A stretch of DNA of 57,371 nt from Defluviitaleaceae bacterium (GCA_009788085.1 WQSB01000002.1:1-57371); one strand, 5' to 3'. Shown: positions 9,000 to 18,092, counted from the stretch's first letter. The notes: generated from the letters alone by a model not told the origin. Program-made: numbers and translations.

Positions 9000-9158
9000 T
9001 TACAGCCTTGGGCTGTTTGATTTCTTTGCTTCTTCGTAATTGGGGCATTTTTGCCAGTTGCTGCTTGATTCACAGTTGTTTTGCCGTCTGTAATCGTCTT
9101 GCTTTGTGTTGTAAAGCTTACATTCGTGGCCGAGTTCATTGTAATATGGACATTTCAT
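9000..9158 (-). CDS. Small Cys-rich protein (52 aa), absent from the ORF track
   Basis: The sequence is MKCPYYNELGHECKLYNTKQDDYRRQNNCESSSNWQKCPNYEEAKKSNSPRL. SD AAGGTGA lies 5 nt upstream of the ATG. Its stop abuts the SD of the next gene. Confidence 0.55.
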   Translation of the reverse strand: MKCPYYNELGHECKLYNTKQDDYRRQNNCESSSNWQKCPNYEEAKKSNSPRL

Positions 9159-9225
9159 TAATTTCACCTTGCTTGCTCAATATAACAAATCCCTCCAATT
9201 ATGCTACAGCTGGATGTTTACTTAA

Positions 9226-9552
9226 TTAACGTATGTTGTGTAGTCTCTGCAACAGTTCCGTCTTTTTTGTATACTCCTCAGCCGCATGTATCATTTTTTC
9301 CAATTGCGCTTTTACTCCATTTTGTTCATTTATTAAATTATTGAAATTAAGGCTTGAACGCTTCTCTTGCGGAGTATCCCTGTACTTTTGTTCGATAGTA
9401 GATAGAATATCTTCCATCTGTTTCAAATGAGCCTTAACCTCTTGAACTACGTCCCGTTCCGTGCCCACATCTATATACTTTTTTGCAAGCCGTATGTTCT
9501 CATTAAGGATGTCCCTTATACCCTTTAAATCGTGGTTTTCTTGTTTATCCAT
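9226..9552 (-). CDS. Hypothetical coiled-coil protein (about 108 aa; start uncertain, ORF open to 9639)
   Basis: The ORF is charged and helical. ATG at 9552 (MDKQEN...) has GGAG 9 nt upstream, while the listed TTG at 9639 has no SD. Confidence 0.55.
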   Translation of the reverse strand: MDKQENHDLKGIRDILNENIRLAKKYIDVGTERDVVQEVKAHLKQMEDILSTIEQKYRDTPQEKRSSLNFNNLINEQNGVKAQLEKMIHAAEEYTKKTELLQRLHNIR

Positions 9553-9837
9553 TCTAATCCACTCCATTTCTTTTTTTATTTTTTCCTCAATTTTCAAGTT
9601 GGCACTTTCAAAGCCTTTGACGAGGATTCTTTTTAGCAATTTTGCTCTTTTCTGAAAGTATTAACTGTAATGTTTTTAAGACTTAGTGTAGTGCCTCTCA
9701 CCACCATTATCAGACGTCACTATTAACTCACTCCCGGCAATCTCATATTCCTCCATAATAATACATTTTATTTCATCCCTTTGGATGTCTTTGCATCGAA
9801 CAAAATATTAGATTTGTTCATGTTATTTTTGTCGATT

Positions 9838-9882
9838 TCATTTGTTAAACTGCCGCTGTAATCGCGGTGGCGGGTTGCTCAT
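9838..9882 (-). CDS. Possible 14-codon leader ORF (MSNPPPRLQRQFNK)
   Basis: Strong SD GAGGGGAGG lies 5 nt upstream of the ATG, immediately after IR-L. There is no other support. Confidence 0.25.
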   Translation of the reverse strand: MSNPPPRLQRQFNK

Positions 9883-9896
9883 GTGCACCTCCCCTC

Positions 9897-9924
9897 ATGC
9901 AACAAAATATCTAGAAAGTTGCAT
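9897..9924. repeat. Left inverted repeat (IR-L) of candidate invertible switch
   Basis: ATGCAACAAAATATCTAGAAAGTTGCAT is complementary at 25/28 positions to IR-R at 10039-10066. Confidence 0.75.
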
Positions 9925-9949
9925 CCTGTAAAATTCTACAATTCCGGAC

Positions 9950-9982
9950 AAAAAAAGAGGCGAAGCACATTCGTCTTCGCCT
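9950..9982 (-). terminator. Intrinsic terminator inside the invertible segment, functional only for leftward (minus-strand) transcription in this orientation
   Basis: The minus strand reads AGGCGAAG-ACGAATGTG-CTTCGCCT followed by C TTTTTTT. On the + strand the same hairpin is followed by TGGAGC. Confidence 0.7.
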
Positions 9983-10038
9983 TGGAGCTATGTCGTCATA
10001 GGGGAATTGCCAAGTATTTTCGCAGCTTTGCGACATCA

Positions 10039-10066
10039 ATGCAACTTTCTAGATAAAATGTTGCAT
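10039..10066. repeat. Right inverted repeat (IR-R) of candidate invertible switch
   Basis: ATGCAACTTTCTAGATAAAATGTTGCAT is the partner of IR-L. The two repeats flank a 114-bp segment. Confidence 0.75.
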
Positions 10067-10076
10067 CAACATACTT

Positions 10077-10105
10077 ATTATATTAGGAGGATTTTCCAAT
10101 GTCAA
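10077..10105 (-). promoter_or_regulatory. Consensus sigma-A-type promoter firing leftward into IR-R
   Basis: The minus strand reads TTGACA (10105-10100), a 17-nt spacer, then TATAAT (10082-10077). It overlaps the SD and start of the recombinase on the opposite strand. Confidence 0.65.
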
Positions 10106-10665
10106 CTACCCAACCCATAAGAAATTTAGACCACGTCCGTGCCCTTGCAAATTACTATATGGACAAAGGTGAACTTCGAAATTACAGACTTATCGTATTA
10201 AGCCTCCACACAGCGTTGCGGGTGTCCGACTTGCTTTCCCTGCGCTGGTCGGACGTGTATGACTTCAAATTAAACCGCCCCTGCAAAGAGTTCACCCTAA
10301 CAGAGCAAAAAACCGGCAAAAGCAAAACCGTCGCAATCAATCACCATGCGGCAAAAGCATTAAAAAAAGGTGCAGATACAGCCGCACCCTACCATTTTCT
10401 ATTTGCCAATGCGCATTCCGGCAAAGCCTTAGTCCGCGCCCAAGCCTACCGCATAATTCGCAATGCTGGGGAAGCCCTGGAACTCCCTGGGCGCATATCC
10501 TGTCATTCGCTCCGAAAAACCTTTGGATACCATGCATGGAAAAAGGGAATTTCCCCAGCCGTGATTATGGAAATATACAACCATTCTAGCCTAAGCCAAA
10601 CCCGCCGTTACCTGGGCATAAATCAAGATGACCTCAACACCGTTTACATGAGTATGGCGTTTTAA
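10099..10665 (+). CDS. Small tyrosine recombinase (catalytic domain only, FimB/FimE-sized, 188 aa)
   Basis: Catalytic signatures are present: ALRVSDL (Arg), CHSLRKTF (HxxR), HAW and RRYLG (Tyr). SD AGGAGG lies 8 nt upstream. Confidence 0.85.
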   Translation: MSTTQPIRNLDHVRALANYYMDKGELRNYRLIVLSLHTALRVSDLLSLRWSDVYDFKLNRPCKEFTLTEQKTGKSKTVAINHHAAKALKKGADTAAPYHFLFANAHSGKALVRAQAYRIIRNAGEALELPGRISCHSLRKTFGYHAWKKGISPAVIMEIYNHSSLSQTRRYLGINQDDLNTVYMSMAF

Positions 10666-10668
10666 AGC

Positions 10669-10695
10669 AAAAAAAACCGCTAACGCGGTTTTTTG
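10669..10695. terminator. Bidirectional intrinsic terminator between recombinase and atpC
   Basis: The sequence is AAAAAAAACCGCTAACGCGGTTTTTTG, a stem flanked by an A-run and a T-run. Confidence 0.7.
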
Positions 10696-10703
10696 ATTGA
10701 TTT

Positions 10704-11129
10704 TCATGCTTTGCTCTTACCAGTCAATTCCAGCTGAATCTTACAACGCCTTGAATCATTCCGATAAGTGTCTTTTTCAAGTAAGTTTTCAGTTTCGTTT
10801 ATCTTGCGCTCGATTTCTTTTAAGTCTTCGCTGACCTTTTTAACGTCTATGTCCTCCGGCCATTGGGCAGAATCGGACAAAACGGTCACGATGTTGTTGC
10901 TGACATGTGCCACTCCGCCCATTACCGCCATGTGGGACTCTGTGTCGCCGTCGAAAACGCGCAACAGTCCTAAATCCAGCACCATGGAGCAGGGCACCCG
11001 GCCGGGCAAAATGCCCATCTCGCCCGTTGTGCAGCGCAGAATTACCATGTCAACATCACGCTTATACTTATAAGGGCTTTTGTCTGTGGCTTGTGTCGGT
11101 GCGATTACGCGCAGTTCGAGCTTACTCAT
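10704..11129 (-). CDS. atpC: F1 ATP synthase epsilon subunit
   Basis: It is last in the atp operon, and LRVIAP...GEMGILPGRVP...GGVAHVSNNIVTVL is typical of epsilon. Confidence 0.9.
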   Translation of the reverse strand: MSKLELRVIAPTQATDKSPYKYKRDVDMVILRCTTGEMGILPGRVPCSMVLDLGLLRVFDGDTESHMAVMGGVAHVSNNIVTVLSDSAQWPEDIDVKKVSEDLKEIERKINETENLLEKDTYRNDSRRCKIQLELTGKSKA

Positions 11130-11272
11130 GCAAACTATCCTTTCACGACCGCCCAGCAGTCATGCCATAGACAATTCCGTTGAGAATGGGCTCAGCCATC
11201 GCGCAAAGCACCGCCGACGCAGTCGCGGCACGCGCTCGGCTTCACCTTTCTCAACTGAAATCGCTATATAGC

Positions 11273-12721
<1,449 letters not shown>

Positions 12722-12767
12722 CTACGCCCCCAAGCCCCCTCGCTACGCAATGGGTGGAAGTCTATAG

Positions 12768-13757
12768 CTATTTCAGCGCGTTCGCGCCACTGACGATTTC
12801 GGTGATTTCCTGAGTAATAATGCTTTGACGCTGTCTGTTAAACATGAGTGTCAGCTTTTCAATGATGTCTCCGGCGTTTTTGGTGGCCGAGTCCATGCTG
12901 GTCATGCGGGCGGCCTGCTCACACAGTGCCGACGATGCCAAAGCGGCATGAATAAACATACACAGATACCATGGCACTACCGCCCTTAAAACCTCGTCCA
13001 GCCCCGGCTCATACTCGATTTCCTGTTGCAAAGAGGACGCGGATTTTGCCTTGGGTCGTGGGAAGAAGCCTAAATCCTCCCATGCTTCGCCGTCGTGTAA
13101 GTCCGTACCGACAACGCGGCGAAGATATGCCGGGTCGATGGGCAGAACCTTTCTGATAATCGGCTCAAGGTTGAGCACTGTACGAAACTGCGTATAAACC
13201 AAGTAAATTTCGTCTATTTTCCAAGTTTTGTCTTCGTTTCGGGTTTCGTACATGGATACAAGACTGTCTGCGACAACCTTTGCGTCAGCGAAAGTCGGGG
13301 ACTCCGCAGGCATGGGCACTTCGAATAAATTGGCATTGCGCCGTTTGAAATAATCGCGCCCCTTAGTCCCCAGCGGGACAATGATTGGCTTGATGTTATT
13401 CGCTTTGGCATGTTTTACCAGTTCCTTACATACAGCGGAGTTGTATCCGCCGCATAAACCGCGGTTACTGGTTATTAGCACATATGCCGCGGTCTTTTGC
13501 GGATTTTCCGCCGTCGTCCCGTCTACATGGGGTACGATAAAGGGGCGGTCGAAGTTTTCTTCCATTGCAAAAGGGTCTACGTCGCTAACCGTGTTGTACA
13601 CCATATCAAAGGTGGCCTGAACGGGCTTGCCTACCGCGGCCAGCGCGGCACGAGCCCTTTGTAGCTTAGAGGTAGCAACAAGATTCATTGCCTTGGTGAT
13701 TTGCGATATATTTTTTACAGTCAAACGCCTGCGTTTAATCGCCTTCATTGAGGGCAT
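12768..13757 (-). CDS. atpG: F1 ATP synthase gamma subunit
   Basis: The N-terminus is MPSMKAIKRRRLTVKNISQITKAMNLVATSKL and the C-terminus is RQSIITQEITEIVSGA. Confidence 0.95.
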   Translation of the reverse strand: MPSMKAIKRRRLTVKNISQITKAMNLVATSKLQRARAALAAVGKPVQATFDMVYNTVSDVDPFAMEENFDRPFIVPHVDGTTAENPQKTAAYVLITSNRGLCGGYNSAVCKELVKHAKANNIKPIIVPLGTKGRDYFKRRNANLFEVPMPAESPTFADAKVVADSLVSMYETRNEDKTWKIDEIYLVYTQFRTVLNLEPIIRKVLPIDPAYLRRVVGTDLHDGEAWEDLGFFPRPKAKSASSLQQEIEYEPGLDEVLRAVVPWYLCMFIHAALASSALCEQAARMTSMDSATKNAGDIIEKLTLMFNRQRQSIITQEITEIVSGANALK

Positions 13758-13768
13758 ACGCTACCTCC

Positions 13769-15319
13769 TTACTTTATGGTTGCTTTAAATGCGGCGATGG
13801 CCTTTTCCAAATCTTCGCCCAGTTCCTTGCTGATGGCTTTTTCGGTACGGATTTGAGAAAGAATGCTATCGTGGTTTTCTATGAAGAATTTCAGGAAAGC
13901 TCGCTCCGTGGCTTGAATATCCTCCACGGAAACGTCTGCGAAATGCTTCTTGGTGACGGCATAGAATAATAATACCTGCTGCTCAACGGGCAACGGATTA
14001 TTCTGGGGCTGTTTGAGAATTTCAACGATACGACGTCCTTGGTCGAGACGTTCGAGGGTGTCCTTTGTTAAATCCGAGCCAAATTGCGCAAAGGCTTCCA
14101 GCTCACGGAACTGCGCAAGCTCCAAACGAAGGGGGCCGGCCAAAGTTTTCATGGCTTTGATTTGCGCCGCACCACCAACACGGGATACGGATAAGCCGGG
14201 GTTAATCGCCGGTCGGATACCCTTGTTGAAGGATTCGGACTCAAGGAAAATCTGGCCGTCGGTAATTGAGATAACATTCGTGGGAATGTACGCGGAAATA
14301 TCGCCGGCTTGGGTTTCAATGATGGGCAAGGCGGTAAGCGTTCCGCCGCCGCGCTCTTTTGTCAGACAAGCGGCTCTTTCGAGCAAACGTGAATGCAAGT
14401 AGAAAACGTCACCGGGATAGGCTTCGCGGCCGGGCGGGCGGCGAAGCAGAAGGCTAAGCGCGCGGTACGCAACGGCGTGTTTGGAAAGGTCGTCGTAGAT
14501 TACAAGCACGTCTCTGCCGTTTTCCTCCATCCACTCTTCACCGATGGCACATCCCGCGTATGGCGCGATGTATTGCATGGGCGCAGTATCGGAAGCGTTC
14601 GCGCTGACAATACATGTATAATCCATCGCTCCGGCGTCCTCAAGAGTACGCGCAACCCGCGCAACTGTAGACGCCTTTTGGCCGATAGCAACATATACAC
14701 AGTATACCCGCGTATCCTTTTCACCCGGTTGGGGCGCGGGTATCTTCTTATTAATAAGAGCCTGATTGATAATCGTGTCGATGGCAATTGCCGTTTTTCC
14801 CGTTTGGCGGTCACCGATAATCAGTTCGCGCTGGCCGCGCCCAATGGGAATCATGGCGTCAATAGCCTTGATACCCGTTTGCAAAGGCACGTTTACCTCT
14901 TGGCGTTCGATAACACCGGGGGCAATGCGCTCGATTACACGCTTTTTGCTGCTGTTTACCGGGCCCTTGTTGTCCACGGGTTTTCCGGTGGGGTCAACGA
15001 CGCGCCCAAGAAGAGCGTCACCCACGGGAACTTCCGCGATACGCCCGGTACGTTTGACAGGGTCTCCTTCGCTGACATGGTCGTCCGCGCCAAGGAGTAC
15101 CGCACCGATGCTGTCCTCATCAAGGTTTAGGGCTATGCCGAACAATTCGCCGGGGAATTCCAAAAGCTCGCCGCTCATGGCGTTGTTTAATCCGTAAACA
15201 CGGGCGATACCATCGCCGACGTGAATAACGCTCCCCGCTTCGGCCACATCCATTTTAGAGGAATATGCTTTTATTTGTTGCTTTATAATGGAGCTTACTT
15301 CATCTGGCCTAAGAATCAT
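13769..15319 (-). CDS. atpA: F1 ATP synthase alpha subunit
   Basis: The N-terminus is [25 protein letters not shown] (Walker A) and typical alpha motifs are present. Confidence 0.95.
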   Translation of the reverse strand: MILRPDEVSSIIKQQIKAYSSKMDVAEAGSVIHVGDGIARVYGLNNAMSGELLEFPGELFGIALNLDEDSIGAVLLGADDHVSEGDPVKRTGRIAEVPVGDALLGRVVDPTGKPVDNKGPVNSSKKRVIERIAPGVIERQEVNVPLQTGIKAIDAMIPIGRGQRELIIGDRQTGKTAIAIDTIINQALINKKIPAPQPGEKDTRVYCVYVAIGQKASTVARVARTLEDAGAMDYTCIVSANASDTAPMQYIAPYAGCAIGEEWMEENGRDVLVIYDDLSKHAVAYRALSLLLRRPPGREAYPGDVFYLHSRLLERAACLTKERGGGTLTALPIIETQAGDISAYIPTNVISITDGQIFLESESFNKGIRPAINPGLSVSRVGGAAQIKAMKTLAGPLRLELAQFRELEAFAQFGSDLTKDTLERLDQGRRIVEILKQPQNNPLPVEQQVLLFYAVTKKHFADVSVEDIQATERAFLKFFIENHDSILSQIRTEKAISKELGEDLEKAIAAFKATIK

Positions 15320-15333
15320 TCTCTCGTTCCCCT

Positions 15334-15406
15334 TTAACATGCTCCGGATTCAAAATTGCAACGGAGCGTTTTAACATGCTCCGGATTTAAATTGTATCGG
15401 AGCGTT
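15334..15406. repeat. Tandem ~37-nt duplication at the atpH/atpA junction
   Basis: TTAACATGCTCCGGATTCAAAATTGCAACGGAGCGTT is followed by TTAACATGCTCCGGATTTAAATTGTATCGGAGCGTT. The second copy holds the last codons and stop of atpH. Confidence 0.8.
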
Positions 15407-15926
15407 TAATTGATTCTCTCATGTCTTTCAACATGGTTCTTACCGTGCGGTCAAGAAAATAGCCTTCAACCTGAATGCTTATGCCCGCAATTACGGACGG
15501 GTCAACAATTACCGTAATATCAACCATTTTGCCCAGCTTCCTTGTGAGAGTTGCGGTAAGCTGCGCGGCCTGCCCGTCGGTGAGGGGCACGGCGGAAACA
15601 ACACGCGCCGTGGTTTGATTGCTGTGGGCTTTTATCATTTCCGACAGCTTTATGAGGGCAGGCAAAAGATAAGCTTCACGGTTTTTGGCGATGACCAATT
15701 TCATAAAACCAAGGAGGTCTTGATGCACAGATTCCCCAAAAGCCTTTGACAAAAAGTCGTTCTTTTCGCCGGCTGATATAAGGGGATGGGTGAGGATGCG
15801 AAGGGCATCTTCATCTTTTAATACGGAGCACAAAAATAACGATTGCTCCAGATATTCGTTTAGCAAGCCGCCTTCTTCGGACATTTCGAACAATGCAGTC
15901 GCGTAACGGATGCCTAAGTCAGACAA
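15387..15926 (-). CDS. atpH: F1 ATP synthase delta subunit
   Basis: The call rests on its position between atpF and atpA and its OSCP-like sequence (YATALFE...). Confidence 0.9.
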   Translation of the reverse strand: MSDLGIRYATALFEMSEEGGLLNEYLEQSLFLCSVLKDEDALRILTHPLISAGEKNDFLSKAFGESVHQDLLGFMKLVIAKNREAYLLPALIKLSEMIKAHSNQTTARVVSAVPLTDGQAAQLTATLTRKLGKMVDITVIVDPSVIAGISIQVEGYFLDRTVRTMLKDMRESIKRSDTI

Positions 15927-15946
15927 GATAAAGACCTCCTAAAAAG

Positions 15947-16531
15947 TTACGCAGTAACAGTATCCGCCCTAAAAGCCGTGGTAGCCTCAAGCTCCTCCAT
16001 GGCCTCGGCAAATAATTTGTCATGCGCGTTTTTATCAATGCTGGTTGAAATTAAACGAGCCGCCATATCTGTTGAAATGTCAACAATAGCCTCAACCACC
16101 GCGCTTTTGATTTGCTCGCGCTCTGTGGCGATATCGCGTGCGGCGCGTTCTTTTACGTCTTGGGCTTCGGATTTGGCCTCGTCCAAGATTTGAGTGCGCC
16201 GTTCACCGGCCTGTTTGCGGGCCTCATCTAAAATAGAAACACGCTCCTGCTCAATTTCCGATACCTTTTGCTCATACTTAGCCTTTAATTGCGCGGCAGA
16301 CAGCTTGCTGTCCTCGGCACTGGAAAGGTCGCCCTCAATGCGGTCCGCACGGGCCTTAAGCACTCTTCTAACCGGATTATACAGCAAATAGGTCAAAAAT
16401 CCGGCAACAACTATAAAGCTGAACAGGTTGGGAATCATACCGATGAAGGTATCAGCGTCAAGGGCAAACAGCGACCTGTACCATTCCACGACGTTCCCTA
16501 AAAACAACATTTGAGGATTCAACTGAATCAT
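15947..16531 (-). CDS. atpF: Fo ATP synthase subunit b
   Basis: A single N-terminal TM segment is followed by a long charged helix, and the gene is in the expected operon position. Confidence 0.9.
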   Translation of the reverse strand: MIQLNPQMLFLGNVVEWYRSLFALDADTFIGMIPNLFSFIVVAGFLTYLLYNPVRRVLKARADRIEGDLSSAEDSKLSAAQLKAKYEQKVSEIEQERVSILDEARKQAGERRTQILDEAKSEAQDVKERAARDIATEREQIKSAVVEAIVDISTDMAARLISTSIDKNAHDKLFAEAMEELEATTAFRADTVTA

Positions 16532-16540
16532 CCCCTCGCT

Positions 16541-16804
16541 TTAGCCGACCATCCCAAGAAGCGGGTTAGCAAACAGAATGATAATGGCAATAACCAATCC
16601 GTAAACGCCGGAAGTTTCGGCGAAGGCGCAACCTATAATCATTGAGGTTGTGATAGAGCCTTTTGCTTCGGGTTGGCGTGCGATACCTTCAACCGCGGCG
16701 GAAGCAACTCTACCCTGCCCCAAGGTTGTAAGAATACCGTTTAGAAGTGCGATTACGGCCGCAATATGAGCGACAGCTACAGCAAAAGCCATAGGATCTT
16801 GCAT
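16541..16804 (-). CDS. atpE: Fo ATP synthase subunit c (with Na+-type ion-site signature)
   Basis: It is an 87-aa hairpin proteolipid with loop ARQPEAKG, Q30 and E63-T64-S65...Y68. Confidence 0.95.
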   Translation of the reverse strand: MQDPMAFAVAVAHIAAVIALLNGILTTLGQGRVASAAVEGIARQPEAKGSITTSMIIGCAFAETSGVYGLVIAIIILFANPLLGMVG

Positions 16805-16856
16805 TTTGATTCCTCCTAAAAAATTATTTATCTATATAAACCTGCCGCGTCGCGCC

Positions 16857-17549
16857 TTAATCACCGGAAGCCAAGCCTACAAAGGCAATGCTTAACATGG
16901 TGAAAATAAAGGCTTGAAGCAAGCCGGCCGCAAGATCAAAGTACATATGAAGGAAAGCGGGCAAAACAAACTGCAAGGCAAGAGGAGCTATGCCGTAAAT
17001 CAAAGACAAAAGAATCATGCCGCCCAGCACGTTTCCGAAAAGACGGAAGCTCATGGCGATGGGCTTTGCGATTTCGCCCATAAGATTGATGGGCGCGAAA
17101 ATGAACACCGGTTCTAAAAATATGCCCTTTAGATATGCCTTGGGACGGGATTTCAGGCCGGCGTAATTGAACATGAGAAAGGACGAAAATGCCAAGGGGA
17201 AGGTCATTCCCCAGTCCGCCGTGGGTGGGCGAATTCCAACGATTCCGATTATGTTTGAGAAGATTAAAAACGTAAACAGGGAAAAGAACCAAGGCGTAAG
17301 GAAAGCCATCTTGTCGCCCGCGTTGCCTCGGAAGAGCTTTTCAAAAGCATCAACGGCCATTTCCATGACATTTTGCAGGCCGCTGGGCCTCTTTGAAGCG
17401 TCCCAATTTCTCGACGATATACGCACAATGATGGCAAAAATCAGGAGCAGTGCCATTACAATCCAAGTAGACACTTGGGTGTCCGTAATTAAAATTGTAA
17501 TATTGTCTGTGATGTGCAGTCTTGCGAAAATTTGTATTGCAAAGTCCAC
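16857..17549 (-). CDS. atpB: Fo ATP synthase subunit a
   Basis: It is polytopic, with the conserved segment FRLFGNVLGG, and is in the expected operon position. Confidence 0.9.
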   Translation of the reverse strand: MDFAIQIFARLHITDNITILITDTQVSTWIVMALLLIFAIIVRISSRNWDASKRPSGLQNVMEMAVDAFEKLFRGNAGDKMAFLTPWFFSLFTFLIFSNIIGIVGIRPPTADWGMTFPLAFSSFLMFNYAGLKSRPKAYLKGIFLEPVFIFAPINLMGEIAKPIAMSFRLFGNVLGGMILLSLIYGIAPLALQFVLPAFLHMYFDLAAGLLQAFIFTMLSIAFVGLASGD

Positions 17550-17570
17550 ACCAATCCCACCTTACTGATA

Positions 17571-18092
17571 TTATTCTGACGCTTCTGTTGATTTTTCAGC
17601 TTCCGCGACTATGGCGTTGATTTCGTCAACGGCATTCTGCGCCGGATTTTTCGACGAGCCCCCCGGTGCGTTTATAACCGACTCGGCCAACTTGTCCTTG
17701 GGAACAAAAAATTGCATTGAATAAGAAGCAATAGGCATCGTGGCAAGCAACGCGATTGCCACGCCAATGAGATTTATAAAAGTTCCGTGTAAAAAACCTG
17801 ATATAAGTAATACTGCCAAGGTAAGCATCAACCTCAGGAAATACTGCCCTTTTAAATGAAGACTTGCAGAGGTTGCGTCCAAATTAACGGCTCTGCTGAC
17901 GGTTCTTTTGAGCCACAACACTTTTATAATATTCACGCCGCCGCCGGTTGCCGCCCCTACCGCAAAGGGAATCGCCCCAAGGATGTCTCCGGTAAAGTGG
18001 TAAAACACAAGTCCGCCGAGGGCAATCACAAGAGAGAGCAACGCGATTATAAAAACCATTTTGTTGGCCACGGCGTTGACGGAGTAATCCAT
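17571..18092 (-). CDS. atpI: ATP synthase protein I-like membrane protein
   Basis: It is a four-TM small membrane protein directly upstream of atpB. It is longer than typical AtpI because of a C-terminal tail. Confidence 0.5.
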   Translation of the reverse strand: MDYSVNAVANKMVFIIALLSLVIALGGLVFYHFTGDILGAIPFAVGAATGGGVNIIKVLWLKRTVSRAVNLDATSASLHLKGQYFLRLMLTLAVLLISGFLHGTFINLIGVAIALLATMPIASYSMQFFVPKDKLAESVINAPGGSSKNPAQNAVDEINAIVAEAEKSTEASE

